DNA of 64,000 nucleotides from Mobula hypostoma (taxonomy: Eukaryota). Below are positions 27,303 to 38,648 of the stretch, piece by piece; within the stretch, counting starts at the first letter, position 1; every line of letters starts with the position of its first letter. The notes beneath the pieces were generated by a model, which worked only from the letters and a program-made list of their open reading frames with translations, was not told the origin of the DNA and ran no database searches. The position numbers were made by a program, and so were the translations under genes. Where the stretch lies: positions 126,606,001 to 126,670,000 of the forward strand of contig NC_086097.1 of the NCBI RefSeq assembly GCF_963921235.1. The letters are read 5' to 3'.

Positions 27303-27878
27303 AACTGAAGGAAGAGTGAGTAAGGGATTTGAAAGCTGGAGGGGGAGGGGGAGATGCAAAATGATAGGAGAAGACAGGAGGGGGAGGGATAGAGCCGAGA
27401 GCTGGACAGGTGATAGGCAAAAGGGGATACGAGAGGATCATGGGACAGGAGGTCGGGAAGAAAGACGAGGAGGGGGGGGTGACCCAGAGGATGGGCAAGA
27501 GGTATATTCAGAGGGACAGAGGGAGAAAAAGGAGAGTGAGAGAAAGAATATGTGCATAAAAATGAGTAACAGATGGGGTACGAGGGGGAGGTGGGGCCTT
27601 AGTGGAAGTTAGAGAAGTCGATGCTCATGCCATCAGGTTGGAGGCTACCCAGACGGAATATAAGGTGTTGTTCCTCCAACCTGAGTGTGGCTTCATCTTT
27701 ACAGTAGAGGAGGCCGTGGATAGACATGTCAGAATGGGAATGGGATGTGGAATTAAAATTAGGATTAAAATTAAAATTAAAATCGGCTCTATCCCTCCCC
27801 CTCCTGTCTTCTCCTATCATTTTGCATCTCCCCCTCCCCCTCCAGCTTTCAAATCCCTTACTCACTCTTCCTTCAGTT

Positions 27879-27914
27879 AGTCCTGACGAAGGGTCTCGGC
27901 CTGAAACGTCGACT
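27879..27914 (+). ncRNA. Minimal type I hammerhead ribozyme motif
   Basis: AGTCCTGACGAAGGGTCTCGGCCTGAAACGTCGACT on the plus strand. Confidence 0.85.
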
Positions 27915-29764
27915 GCGCCTCTTCCTATAGATGCTGCTTGGCCTGCTGCGTTCACCAGCAACTTTGATGTATGTTGCTTGAATTTCCAGCATCTGCAGAA
28001 TTCCTGTTGTTTATCTATGTTTCTAACTATTTTCGTACGTGTGGTAGATATCACCATTTAATATAGTCCACATACACCTAAATAATTTGAATTTAGGAAT
28101 ACTGAATTATAATTCCATTCAGGCAATGCCATTGAGTTCTGTTTACTTTCTCCTGTTCACAGAGACTGCGGGTAGCATTTCATTTATTCTACACGGTCTT
28201 CTCAGTAATAATGTATTCATTCATCTCCTTAGATCTAGTCAAGGTAGGTTTGAGCTGTGATCTCCATTGAGGCCATGGCTTGAGCTTAGTTGTGTTTTAA
28301 GTTTTTAAGGTTTGTAGTGATGGTTTTGGGGACAGAGAGGGGACTTAAGGGTCAGGTTAAAGACATGGGAGAATTAGAGGACAGGATGGGAACTAAGCCC
28401 CCACTCTGCATTTGAAGGCCAGCGACGTGGACGTGGTTGGATGTTGGGCTGGCGGACCAGCAAAGATGCGGACATGTGAACCACTGGGGTTGATAAGCCA
28501 TCGGCATGTTCCAGGATCAGAACTCCAATGCAAGCAGGAGGTGCAAGGGCCAGTGTCGTCCTAGTTACGCAGGTCAGTGGGACCAGAGTTCGAGGCCCAG
28601 TATTCGGGATCTCGTCATCGACGAATCCAGAGCTCAAGGCTTGGAATTGGGGACCTCATCCAGGATCTTCATTCGCTGTCATCAACGATAATGAAGATCG
28701 AAGACCAAAGGTTGAACGTAGGTCCAGAAACAAGACCTGACGGCCGGTGCTCTGAGTCTGCAAATCTCTGCAAGTCCATTGGGGAAAGTGAAGGCCCAGT
28801 GTCCGCAAATCCATGAGCCCCCCAGGGGCCAAAGTCGGCCTGTCCTAGGGTTAGAGGACTGTGAGTGTGCACTGGTGGGAAGGAGGAACAGGGCTTATTA
28901 CTGCTGTTGCTTTGTCACTTGTATGTTCTGTACTGTTTTGTTGTGTGTTTTTCTGCCAAGCATTGTGGGCATGCTATGTTAGTACCAGAACGTGTGGTGA
29001 CACTTGTGGGCTGCCCCCAGCACGTCTTTGGGTGTGTTGGTTGCTAATGCAAATGATGCATTTCACTGTATGTTTTGATATTAATGAATCAGAACCCGCA
29101 TCTGGAGGAAAGGAGATGCCCTGATCCTTTAACAATGCACAACTAATGATCAATGTTAACAATGGAATGAAACTAACTTTTATCTTTTGTCTATTAATTA
29201 ACTTTTAAACAGTAAGTGCTGAATAGCCAACTCAGCTGAACCAAAAGCAAATACATGTTTACTTCACCCACTTAAAAATGTGCTATTGCACAGATAATGA
29301 AAAGGTCTTTAATTATTTGAAGACAAGTATTGAAAGACATGCTGAATAGTAAAAGGTCTGGTTGAACCCTGTATTGCTGATTCACACTAATTGCCAAATG
29401 CAGTGATACAATTAAAAATTCCATTTATTCAGTTTCTAATATGTATAACAAGGCTGGAACACTGAATTCAAAGTAACAAAATTACTCCCCTTGACCCAGA
29501 GCAGGTGGTAGAGATGTGTTAAGCTCTTTAGGTAAGGAAAATATAGCTATGAGGAGACAGGGTGCCAATTCTCGGATATTTGGCTCAGCATGAATGTAGG
29601 TTGTAGATGCGGGTTGTTGTAGCCGGTGCATCGAGAGAAATGTACAACAGGCGGCTGCTGCCCAGTATTTAGCTTAACAAAGAGCCCAGAGCAACAGTAT
29701 AGTGGATTTGAATCTCCAACTAGACAATTATCAAGAGTGATTGTTCGAATAAACAGAAGTTCAC

Positions 29765-29972
29765 ATGCACAAAATGCTGGAGGAACTCAGTGAGCCAGGC
29801 AGCATCAGTGCAGGGGAATAAACAGTCGCCTCCTTCCTTTCCAGTCCTGATTAAGGGCCCCAGCCCGAAACATTGAATGTTTATTCATTTCCACAGCTGC
29901 CGACTCACTTACTGAGTTCCTCCAGCATTTTGCGTGTGATCCTCAAGATTTCCAGCATCTGCAGAATATCTT
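29765..29972. mobile_element. Older short fold-back PLE remnant
   Basis: Inverted CACAAAATGCTGGAGGAACTCAG / CTGAGTTCCTCCAGCATTTTG termini with a degenerate hammerhead near 29843-29878. Confidence 0.7.
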
Positions 29973-30191
29973 GTATTTATTGAATTCACGTAACTGTTTT
30001 ACTATGAGCCTTGATTTCAAGGTACTTATGGAAAAACCATGTATTCACATTTTGCTGTATACTTTACTGATTTTGGAATTAGGGTCTTGGATAAAATATC
30101 CTATTTCATCCTTTCTTTCATACCTACTTTACTTTCATAATGGCCCGACTGATTCCATTTCTAATTCCCACTGAATATTAATTTACAGGTA

Positions 30192-30382
30192 AACAACAGG
30201 AATTCTGCAGATGCTGGAAATTCAAGCAACACACATCAAAGTTGCTGGTGAACGCAGCAGGCCAGGCAGCATCTCTAGGAACAGGTACAGTCGACGTTTC
30301 AGGCCGAGACCCTTCGTCAGAGACCCTTCCTAGAGATGCTGCCTGGCCTGCTGCGTTCACCAGCAACTTTGATGTGTGTTGC
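30192..30382. mobile_element. Miniature fold-back PLE with 56-bp inverted arms and a 15-bp TSD
   Basis: TSD ATTAATTTACAGGTA at 30177-30191 and 30383-30397. Arms at 30226-30281 and 30327-30382. Confidence 0.92.
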
Positions 30383-33300
30383 ATTAATTTACAGGTATTT
30401 CTTTGTTCCAGTCAAGGAGATTTTTGCAACAACAGACTTGTTCTGCCAGTTGCTTTTGTCCTCAACCCTGAAACTGGCAGTATTTAATTAAAAACAGACA
30501 CAGCTATTCCGCATTTGGATGGCAATAATAATATGTACAAAGGATTTAAAATTAGGTGTGTATGTCAAGCATTTGCAATGAATCTGCAAAAATCCTTTAC
30601 AGGTGTTGACATGTTCCAGCAATATGTCTCATTTTTGCCTTTTGACAGAAAGGAATAGTTTAAGCTTTAGCAGAATCCCCAAAGTCATTATAAAACTAAC
30701 CATTCCTTTGAATAATAGTAATAGTGACTGGACTGATCATTCTCTTACTTTCCTCTTTTTTCTGGAAAATTATCTAAGCTTAGCCCGAATTATACGATAG
30801 TTGTCAGGCTTAAAAATGTTATTTAACACATTAAGTGCAAATGATAACCAAAGACACCTCAAGAAAATTGTTTCTCAGTAGATGAAAGGGGGTACGAGCA
30901 GGTGGAAACACAGGGGCTCCTTAGGTAACTGCTGAACTGACTTAAATCCAATTTCATGAATATTCGATAATTTTTATAGAAACCAAGTTCAAGCTACTGA
31001 TGACATTTTTCGGTTCTTTGTTAATGACGGGACACTGGATATACTGTTTAATTATGGGTAGTGTTAGTATGATTATTCAATGAAATAAAAGAATGATAAC
31101 AAGTTTATATGAAGTGCCCTGTGTTGTTAAAGTCTCTAAGTGTGCACTTAAAGCAATACTTGTCAGTTCATGGGAACCTGCTCAAACTTCTACTGCGTGT
31201 GTGTCGTCCCGTGACTAAACAGCACCTATGCTCACCCTTGAAATTTTGCTCAGTTACCTTCAATGTGGATTTAAAGGATCATTGCCCTTTGACTACATAG
31301 CACAAATGCTCTTCTCATTTATCTCAACATTTGTAGGACACTGTGCTTGCTTGGTGAACATGTTTCCTTGTTGAAATTCCTGTGCATGATTAAGTACATC
31401 TGCTGTACTTTGTCTATGCAGACCCGTACTATGTTCTCTACAGAGTTATAGTGAAAACAGCAGACTGTTCCAAATGGACATTTTAAGCTGCAGAGTTGCA
31501 GTGTCAATAACAACTGGTCTTCTTGGCTTGGAACAGATACTATTGAGCTCAATGGCATCCCCCCCCCCCCCACAATAGCGCACCAACTAAACATAAAGTT
31601 TGTCACTAAAACTACCTTTCATGTGAGTGTGGCCCAAGTCCAGTGAAGAAGATAACACACACAGCCACTGCTATACTATGATAAGGAATGGAAAGACCAC
31701 ATTTCTGGTCACTTGGCTGTCCTTCTCCTACCTGAATACAGCAGAGACTAAAAGGCAAGGCTCCAGAGCTAAGGATGACAAAGAGGTGGTCGCGGGAGGC
31801 AGAGGATTGCCTCGAGTAGGTGGACTGGACTGTGTTCAAGGACTCATCAGAAGATCTGAATGAATAAACCACAGCTGTCACGGACTTAGACGAGTGTGTC
31901 CCCAAAATATCATTCAGAGTTTTCCCCAACCAGAAGCCCTGAACCATGAGATCCACAATCTGCTGAGGGCCAGATTAGTGGTATTCCGGTCTGGCAACCA
32001 AGTAAGATACAAGAGGCTCCGGAAAGCCACCTCACATGCAAAGTGGCAATTCCAGACCAAACTTGAATCACTGAACGATCTTCGACAGCTGTGGCTGAGC
32101 TTAAATGCTATTAACTTCTTACAAAGTGAAATTAAGCAACATAGGTGACAACAGGGCCTCACTCCCTGATACGTTCAATGCTTTCTATGCTCGCTTTGAC
32201 CTTCAAAACATGGAGGAACCTTCACAAACTCCCACAGCCCACAATGACCCTTTGATTTCAGTCTCCAGGGCTGATGTGAAAGCGTTCTTCTCGAGGATTA
32301 ACCCATGGAAAACATACAGCCCAGACGTCGAGTACTAATGACTGGCACTGATTAACTGGCTGGAGTGTCACTGATATCTTTAACCTCTCGCTTCGGCAGT
32401 CTGAGGTAGCCACCTGCTTCAAGCAGGCTTCAATTATACTGGTGCTTAGGAAGTTAAAGGGAGATTTGGCATAGTGGTAATTACCACTGGATCAGTAATC
32501 CAGAGACCCAGTTATACACTGCGGACATGAGTTCGAATCCCACCATGGCAGATGGTGAATTTGAATTCAATAAAAATATCATGTTGATTGTCATAAAAAA
32601 CCCATCTGGTTCACTAACCTCCTTTGGGGGAGGAACCCTGGCCTATATGTGACCCTCTGAAATGGCCTAGCAAGCCATTCGGTTGTATCCAACTGCTAAA
32701 AAGAAAATAATGGACAACTCAGCTTTGACTGGAACCAACCCTGCAAAACCAGCCCTGTCGACTCTGGTAAGTTCTTACCAACATCTGAGGACTTGTGCCA
32801 AAGTTGGGAGAGCTGTCTCACAGACTAGTCAAGCAACAGCCTGACATTGTTGTACTGACAGTGTCATACCTTCCAGTTAACATTCCGGGTTCCACCATCA
32901 CCATTCCTGGGTACGTACTGTCTCACCAGCAGGACAGGCCTAGCAGAGGTGGTGGCACAGTGGTATACAGTAGAGAGGGAGTTGTCCTGGCAACTCTCAA
33001 CATTGACTCTGGACCCCATGAAGTCTCATGTCCCCCAGCTGATGAATGAGTACTTCTCCATGTTGAGCAGCACTTGGAGGAGGCAAGGGCACAGAATGTA
33101 CTCTGGGTGGGGGACTTCACTGTCCATCACCAAGACTGGCTCGGTAGTATCACTACGGACCGAGCTGGTCAGGTCCTACTGGACGCAGCTACCAGACTGG
33201 GACTACAGCAGGTAGTGAAGGAACCAACAAGAGGGAAAAACACACTCGACCTCATTCTCACCAACCTGCCTGCCATGGAAGCATCTGTCCATGACAGCAT

Positions 33301-33895
33301 TTGTAGAAATGACCACCGCACAGTAATTGTGGAGACTAAACCCTGTCTCCACATTGAAGAAACCCTCCACCGTGTTGTGTGGCACTACCACCGTGCTAAG
33401 TGAGATAGACTTCGAACAGATCTAGTAGCCCATGACTGGGCATCTGTGAGGCACTGTGGGCCATCATCAGCAGCAGAATTGTACTCAACTACAATCTGTA
33501 ACCTCATGACCCAGCATATCACCCCACTCTAACATTACCACCAGGGCAGGGGATCAACCCTGGTTCAATGAAGAGTGCATGAGGGCATGCCGTGAACAAT
33601 AGCAGACGTACCTCAATATGAGGCGTCACCCTGGTGGAGCCACAATACAGGACTACTGTCATGCCAATCACCATAAGAAGCAAATAATAGACAGAGCTAA
33701 GTAGTCGCATAACCAACGGATCAGATCTAAGCTCTGTGGTCCTGCCACATCCAGCTGTGAATGGTGGTGGACAATCAAACAACTCACTGAGGGGGGGAGG
33801 TTCCACAAATATTCCTATCCACAATGATAGAGGAGCCCAGCACACCTGTACAAAAGATAAGGCTGAGGCATTTGCAACAATCTTCAGTCAGAAGT

Positions 33896-36519
33896 ACATA
33901 GAAACATAGAAAATAGGTGCAGGAGTAGGCCATTCGGCCCTTCGAGCCTGCACCGCCATTTATTATGATCATGGCTGATCATCCAACTCAGAACCCCGCC
34001 CCAGCCTTCCCTCCATACCCCCTGATCCCCGTAGCCACAAGGGCCATATCTAACTCCCTCTTAAATATAGCCAATGAACTGGCCTCAACTGTTTCCTGTG
34101 GCAGAGAATTCCACAGATTCACCACTCTCTGTGTGAAGAAGTTTTTCCTAATCTCGGTCCTAAAAGGCTTCCCCTCTATCCTCAAACTGTGATCCCTCGT
34201 TCTGGACTTCCCCAACATCGGGAACAATCTTCCTGCATCTAGCCTGTCCAATCCCTTTAGGATCTTATACGTTTCAATCAGATCCCCCCTCAATCTTCTA
34301 AATTCCAACGAGTACAAGCCCAGTTCATCCAGTCTTTCTTCATATGAAAGTCCTGCCATCCCAGGAATCAATCTGGTGAACCTTCTTTGTACTCCCTCTA
34401 TGGCAAAGATGTCTTTCCTCAGATTAGGGGACCAAAACTGCACACAATACTCCAGGTGTGGTCTCAGCAAGGCCTTGTACAACTGCAGTAGTACCTCCCT
34501 GCTCCTGTACTCGAATCCTCTCGCTATAATTAGGCTAACCGGTCTATAATTCCCCGGTTTCTCTCTCCCTCCTTTTTTAAAAAGTGGAGTTACATTAGCC
34601 ACCCTCCAATCCTCAGGAACTAGTCCAGAATCTAATGAGTTTTGAAAAATTATCACTAATGCATCCACTATTTCTTGGGCTACTTCCTTAAGCACTCTAG
34701 GATGCAGGCCATCTGGCCCTGGGGATTTATCTGCCTTCAATCCCTTCAATTTACCTAACACCACTTCCCTACTAACATGTATTTCACTCAGTTCCTCCAT
34801 CTCACTGGACCCACTGTCCCTTACTATTTCTGGAAGATTATTTATGTCCTCCTTAGTGAAGACAGAACCAAAGTAATTATTCAATTGGTCTGCCATGTCC
34901 TTGCTCCCCATAATCAATTCACCTGTTTCTGTCTGCAGGGGACCTACATTTGTCTTTACCAGTCTTTTCCTTTTTACATATCTATAAAAGCTTTTACAGT
35001 CCGTTTTTATGTTCTCTGCCAGTTTTCTCTCATAATCTTTTTTCCCCTTCCTAATTAAGCCCTTTGTCCTCCTCTGCTGAGCTCTGAATTTCTCCCAGTC
35101 CTCAGGTGAGCCACTTTCTCTGGCTAATTTGTATGCTACTTCTTTGGAATTGATACTATCCCTAATTTCTCTTGTCAGCCACGGGTGCACTACCTTCCTT
35201 GATTTATTCTTTTGCCAAACTGGAATGAACAATTGTTGTAGTTCATCCATGCAACCTTTAAATGCTTGCCATTGCATATCCACCGTCAATCCTTTAAGTG
35301 TCATTTGCCAGTCTATCTTAGCTAATTCACGTCTCATACCTTCAAAGTTACCCCTCTTTAAGTTCAGAACCTTTGTTTCTGAATTAACTATGTCACTCTC
35401 CATATTAATGAAGAATTCCACCATATTATGGTCACTCTTACCCAAGGGGCCTCTCACGACAAGATCGCTAATTAACCCGTCCTCATTGCTCAAAACCCAG
35501 TCCAGAATAGCCTGCTCTCTAGTTGGTTCCTCGACATGTTGGTTCAAAAAACCATCCCGCATACATTCCAAGAAATCCTCTTCCTCAGCACCTTTACCAA
35601 TTTGGTTCACCCAGTCTACATGTAGATTGAAGTCACCCATTATAACTGCTGTTCTTTTATTGCACACATTTCTAATTTCCTGTTTAATACCATCTCCGAC
35701 CTCACTACTACTGTTAGGTGGCCTGTACACAACTCCCACCAGCGTCTTCTGCCCCTTGGTGTTACGCAGCTCTACCCATATCGATTCCACATCTTCCCGG
35801 TTTATGTCCTTCCTTTCTATTGCGTTAATCTCTTCTCTAACCAGCAACGCCACCCCATCTCCCCTTCCTTCATGTCTATCCCTCCTGAATATTGAATATC
35901 CCTGAACGTTGAGCTCCCATCCCTGGTCACCCTGGAGCCATGTCTCTGTGATCCCAACTATATCATAATCATTAATAACAATCTGCACTTTCAATTCATC
36001 CACCTTATTATGAATGCTCCTTGCATTGACACATAAAGCCTTCAGGCGCTCTTTTACAACTCTCTTAGCCCTTGTACAATTATGTTGAAAAGTGGCCCTT
36101 TTTAATGCTTGCCCTGGATTTGTCGGCCTGCCACTTTTACTTTTCTCCTTTGTACTTTTTGCTTCTACACTCACTTTACACCCCTCTGTCTCTCTGCACT
36201 GGTTCCCATCCCTCTGTTGTGAACTAACCTCCTCACGCCTAGCCTCTTTAATTTGATTCCCACCCCCCAACCATTCTAGTTTAAAGTCACCTCAGTAGCC
36301 CCCGCTAATCTCCCTGCTAGGATATTGGTCCCCCTAGGATTCAAGTGTAACCCGTCCTTTTTGTACAGGTCACGCCTGCGCCAAAAGAGGTCCCAATGAT
36401 CCAAAAACTTGAATCCCTGCCCCCTGCTCCAATCCCTCAACCACGCATTTATCCTCCACCTCATCGCATTCCTACTCTCACTATCGCGTGGCACAGGCAG
36501 TAATCCCGAGATTACTACC
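33896..36519 (-). mobile_element. Young CR1 (ORF1 3' end and open ORF2) with an internal RT deletion
   Basis: ORF1 esterase-like end (VVISGLLPVP...DGLHLNPRG), ORF2 at 33988-36270 and an (ATGTTTCT)n tail at 33896-33913. Confidence 0.92.
33988..36270 (-). CDS. CR1 ORF2 derivative, 760 aa: AP endonuclease, linker and C-terminus, lacking the RT catalytic core
   Basis: Uninterrupted ORF. RPVSL is joined directly to (I)IARGFEY, so the DFxKAFD, GVPQGS and FADD motifs present in the sister copy at 39270-42275 are missing. Confidence 0.75.
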   Translation of the reverse strand: MGGGNQIKEARREEVSSQQRDGNQCRETEGCKVSVEAKSTKEKSKSGRPTNPGQALKRATFQHNCTRAKRVVKERLKALCVNARSIHNKVDELKVQIVINDYDIVGITETWLQGDQGWELNVQGYSIFRRDRHEGRGDGVALLVREEINAIERKDINREDVESIWVELRNTKGQKTLVGVVYRPPNSSSEVGDGIKQEIRNVCNKRTAVIMGDFNLHVDWVNQIGKGAEEEDFLECMRDGFLNQHVEEPTREQAILDWVLSNEDGLISDLVVRGPLGKSDHNMVEFFINMESDIVNSETKVLNLKRGNFEGMRRELAKIDWQMTLKGLTVDMQWQAFKGCMDELQQLFIPVWQKNKSRKVVHPWLTREIRDSINSKEVAYKLARESGSPEDWEKFRAQQRRTKGLIRKGKKDYERKLAENIKTDCKSFYRYVKRKRLVKTNVGPLQTETGELIMGSKDMADQLNNYFGSVFTKEDINNLPEIVRDSGSSEMEELSEIHVSREVVLGKLKGLKADKSPGPDGLHPRVLKEVAQEIVDALVIIFQNSLDSGLVPEDWRVANVTPLFKKGGREKPGNYRPVSLIIARGFEYRSREVLLQLYKALLRPHLEYCVQFWSPNLRKDIFAIEGVQRRFTRLIPGMAGLSYEERLDELGLYSLEFRRLRGDLIETYKILKGLDRLDAGRLFPMLGKSRTRDHSLRIEGKPFRTEIRKNFFTQRVVNLWNSLPQETVEASSLAIFKRELDMALVATGIRGYGGKAGAGF

Positions 36520-38648
36520 AAGTGGATGATCCAGCTTGGCCTCCTCCAGAGGTCCGCAGCATCCCAGATGTCAGTATGCAGCCAATCTGATTCACTCCAC
36601 ATGATATCAAGAAACAGCTGAAAGCACTGGATACTGCGAAGGTTATGGGCCCAGACAAAACCTTGGCAATAGTCCTGAAGACTTGTGCTCCAGAACTTGC
36701 CCCGCCACTAGCCAAGCTGTTCCAGTACAACACCGGTATCTACCCGGCAATGTGGAAAGTTGCCCAGGTATGTCCTGTACACAAGAAGTAGGACCAGTCC
36801 AACCCAGTCAATTACCGCCATATCAGCTTACTCTCAATCAGCAGCAAAGTAATGGAAGGGGTCATCAGCAGTGCTATCATGCAGCCCCTGCTCGGCAATA
36901 ACCTGCTTACGGATGCCCAGTTTGGGTTCAATCAAGGCCACTCAGCTCCTGACCTCATTACCTCCTTGGTCCAAACATGGACCAAAGAGCTAAACACCAG
37001 AGGTGAGGTGAGAGTGATAGCCCTCAACATCAAGGCAGCATTTGACTGAGTATGGCTTCAAGGTGGCCAAGCTAAAATGGAGTCGGTGAGAATTAGGGGG
37101 AAACCCTCCGCTGGTCGGAATCATACCTGACACAAAGGAAGATGGTTGTGGTGGTTGGAGGTCAATCATCTCATCCTCAGGACATCACTGCAGGAGTTCC
37201 TCAGGAAAGTGTCCCAGGACCAACCACCTGCTTCATCAATGACCTTCCTTCCATCATAAGGTCAGAAGTGAGGATGTTTGCAGATGACTGCACAATGTTC
37301 TGCACCATTCATGACTCCTCAGATAGTGAAGCATTTCATACCCAAATGCAGCAGGACCTGGACAATATCCAGGCTTGGGCTGACAAGTGGCAAGTAACAT
37401 TCGAGCCACGCAAGGGCCAGGCAATGACCATCTCCAACAAGAGAGGCTCTAACCATCGCCCCATGACGTTCGGTGGCATCACCATCACTGAATCCCCTAC
37501 TATCAACATCCTGGGGGTTATCATTGACAGGAAGCTGAATTGGTCTAGCCACATAAACACCATGGCTACCAAGGCTAGGAATCCTGTGGCGTGTAACTCA
37601 CCTCCTGACTCCCCAAAGCCTGTCCACCATCTACAAGGCTCAGGTCGGGAGTGTAATGGAATACTCACCACTCGCCTGAATGAGTGCAGTTCCATCAACA
37701 CTGAAGAAGCTCGACACCATCCAGTACAAGGAAGCCCACTTGATTGGTACCCCTTCCACATCCATCCAATCCTTCCACTGTCGACAAACAGTTGCAGCAG
37801 TGTGTACTATCTACAAGATGCACTACAATAATATACCAAAGTTCCTAAGCAGCACTTTCCAGACCCATGACCACTACCATCTAGAAGGACGAGAACAGCA
37901 GATACCTGGGAACATCTCCACTTGGAAATCCCCCTCTAAATCACTCAGTATCCTGACTTGGAAACATATCACCATTCCTTCATTGTCACTGGGTCAAAAT
38001 CATGGAATTCCCTTCCTAACAGCATTGTGGGTGTACCTACACCTCAGGAACTGCAGCGGTTCAAGAAGGCAGCTCATCATCACCTTCTCAAGGACAGCTA
38101 GGGATGGGCAATAAATGCTGGCTTAGCTGGCGACGCCTACATCCCATAAGTGATTAAATAAAAAAAAACACGGTAACCTGCCTCAGTGACTTCTGTCCAG
38201 TAGCACTTACATCTACTGTGATGAAGTGCTTTGCGAGGTTGATGACGAAATATATCAACTCCTGCCTGAGAAGCAACTTGGATCTGTTCCAATTTGCCTA
38301 CTGGCTCAACAGGTCCATAGCAGATGCCATTTCATTGGCTCTTCACTCAACCATGGAACATCTGAACAGCAACGATGCATTTATCAGTATGTTCTTTACT
38401 GATTACAGCTCGGTATTCAATACTATCATCGAATCAAAACCAATCGATAAGCTTCAAGACCTTGCTCTTGATATCTCCATGTGAGGAGAGCTTTGATTTC
38501 CTCATTTGAAGACTCTAGTCAGTTCAGATTGGCAACAACACCTCCTCCACAATTTCCATCAGCATCGATGCACCACAAGGCACCCTGCTCGACTCGCTTT
38601 ACACTTCAGACTGTGTGGCTAAGCACAGCTCCAAAGCCATATTCAAGT

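Larger units (their letters stand above)
27204..28012. mobile_element. Young fold-back Penelope-like element with 195-bp inverted arms and a 13-bp TSD
   Basis: TSD ATCTATGTTTCTA at 27191-27203 and 28013-28025. Arms 27204-27398 and 27783-27977 are reverse complements. GIY-YIG C-terminus on the minus strand. Confidence 0.92.
32458..38168 (+). mobile_element. CR1-group LINE with a tRNA-like 5' head, a single EN-RT ORF and a poly(A) tail, interrupted by a CR1 at 33896-36519
   Basis: A box TGGCATAGTGG (32467-32477) and B box GTTCGAATC (32531-32539). EN motifs PDIVVLT, WVGDFTVHH and NTLDLILTN. RT motifs ALNIKAAFD, GVPQES and MFADDCT. 3' hairpin at 38101-38145 and A-run at 38160-38168. Confidence 0.8.

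Noticed and set aside
30192..30382. DNA-transposon MITE or pre-miRNA
   Set aside because: The arms are PLE terminal sequence, they are asymmetric (35-nt tail on one side only), and TSD length varies among family copies.
32458..32550. Genuine tRNA gene
   Set aside because: A and B boxes are present, but I see no convincing cloverleaf or acceptor stem and no immediate T-run terminator. The sequence continues into retroelement sequence.
35129..35905. 258-aa plus-strand ORF, and similar antisense ORFs at 39661-40023 and 40971-41489
   Set aside because: These are antisense shadows of CR1 ORF2 with no independent coding evidence.
33892..36523. AAGT as a TSD for the nested CR1
   Set aside because: The two AAGT copies can be explained by the host LINE's own sequence (CAGAAGT.CCAAGTGG), so they are not good evidence of a duplication.
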